A DNA stretch of 51,506 nucleotides, filler included, from Stramenopiles sp. TOSAG23-6 (taxonomy: Eukaryota), in NCBI GenBank assembly GCA_900128565.1. It is 2 parts of 2 records of this genome, joined end to end, with 100 filler letters (N's around TTAATTAATTAA, not from the genome) between each part and the next. Parts side by side here need not be neighbours in the genome. Positions count along the whole stretch, not along the records: positions 25,805 to 51,506 come from LT635993.1; 1 more part is not named here. One strand, given 5' to 3'. The translations under genes and the position numbers were made by a program. The notes below the pieces were generated by a model. That model was given only the letters and a program-made list of their open reading frames with translations, was not told the DNA's origin and searched no databases. This document shows positions 50,956 to 51,506 of this stretch, piece after piece (the stretch's first letter is position 1; every line of letters starts with the position of its first letter).

Positions 50956-51506
50956 ATTCAAAATTAAAGAAATGTAAAAGATAAATTCGAAGATGTGCTT
51001 TTAGCAAATATTTTCAGACAAAAAAATAAATTTATTTCGTTTAAACTTTACACGTTTTTTTTTTTTTCCTACGATTTTTTGTACCTAAACAAAACCAAAA
51101 AATTAAACTTTACACTATATTTTTGAAGGGCCTTGTGGTGTTGAAACTTCCAAAGTCGATAATTCTTTCCGTTGAACAATGCTATGATCGCCAAGTATTG
51201 TAAAAAATATTTTGTTTTTTTGTTTTTTTGTTAGGTATAAAATTTGGTACGGAAAAAAAATAAATTCAAAATTCAAAAAAATAAAACAAATATGTATTGT
51301 GAAAAAATATTTTTTTTTTCGGTAAAAAAAAACTTCGTCAGGTACGTACGAAATTTTCATAATCAAAAATTCAAAGTACAATGGACAACGTACAAATGTT
51401 TCTTGGCATAATGCTGCGAGGACGTCCCCACGATGCAATGCATCAACAATGACATGTATTTTGGAAAAATATTTCAAAAAAAAAAACTAAAATTTGTTAG
51501 GTACAA
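47328..51506. repeat. Inverted duplication, copy 2
   Basis: Reverse complement of 25805-29983, ending exactly at the contig end. Confidence 0.95.

Noticed and set aside
25805-51506. Linear virus or Polinton with 4.2-kb terminal inverted repeats
   Set aside because: Interior holds only host housekeeping genes; no polymerase, integrase or capsid; the repeat cuts through a gene
1-51506. Alternative genetic code as the cause of broken ORFs
   Set aside because: Multi-kb ORFs are open in the standard code; apart from one homopolymer frameshift, breaks coincide with introns

Overview
AT-rich, gene-dense nuclear DNA of a microbial eukaryote (protist; lineage not determinable from this window alone). 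The window is two unlinked contigs (1-25704 and 25805-51506) joined by an artificial 100-nt N/TTAATTAATTAA spacer. About 21 genes are present, including a cNMP-binding protein, a TOG-array protein, a Myb-like protein, a secreted MIB/HERC2+LRR protein, RNase T2, a ZC3H3-like protein, MND1, a sphingomyelinase-like EEP enzyme, a WW/ankyrin protein, TRAPPC9, a giant WW/EF-hand/IQ protein, SF3B6, three secreted proteins, UAP1, GlnRS and SmE. The main observation is one repetitive ~87-117 nt intron family (introner-like) that interrupts most genes, always in the sense orientation. Its approximate consensus is (N)T|GTAYGTTTT...TTTCGTACGAAATTTYGTACCTAAC...TTTGAAATATTTTTTCACAATAC-NT|. Reading frames and conserved protein motifs are restored only when the intron is removed from the G through the two bases after CACAATAC. 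These introns therefore end in AT, TT or GT rather than AG, and the last two bases usually duplicate the two exon bases before the intron (2-bp TSD-like). An ordinary GT-AG intron in SmE shows that normal splicing coexists. A 4.18-kb inverted duplication at both ends of contig 2 is probably an amplification or assembly chimera.
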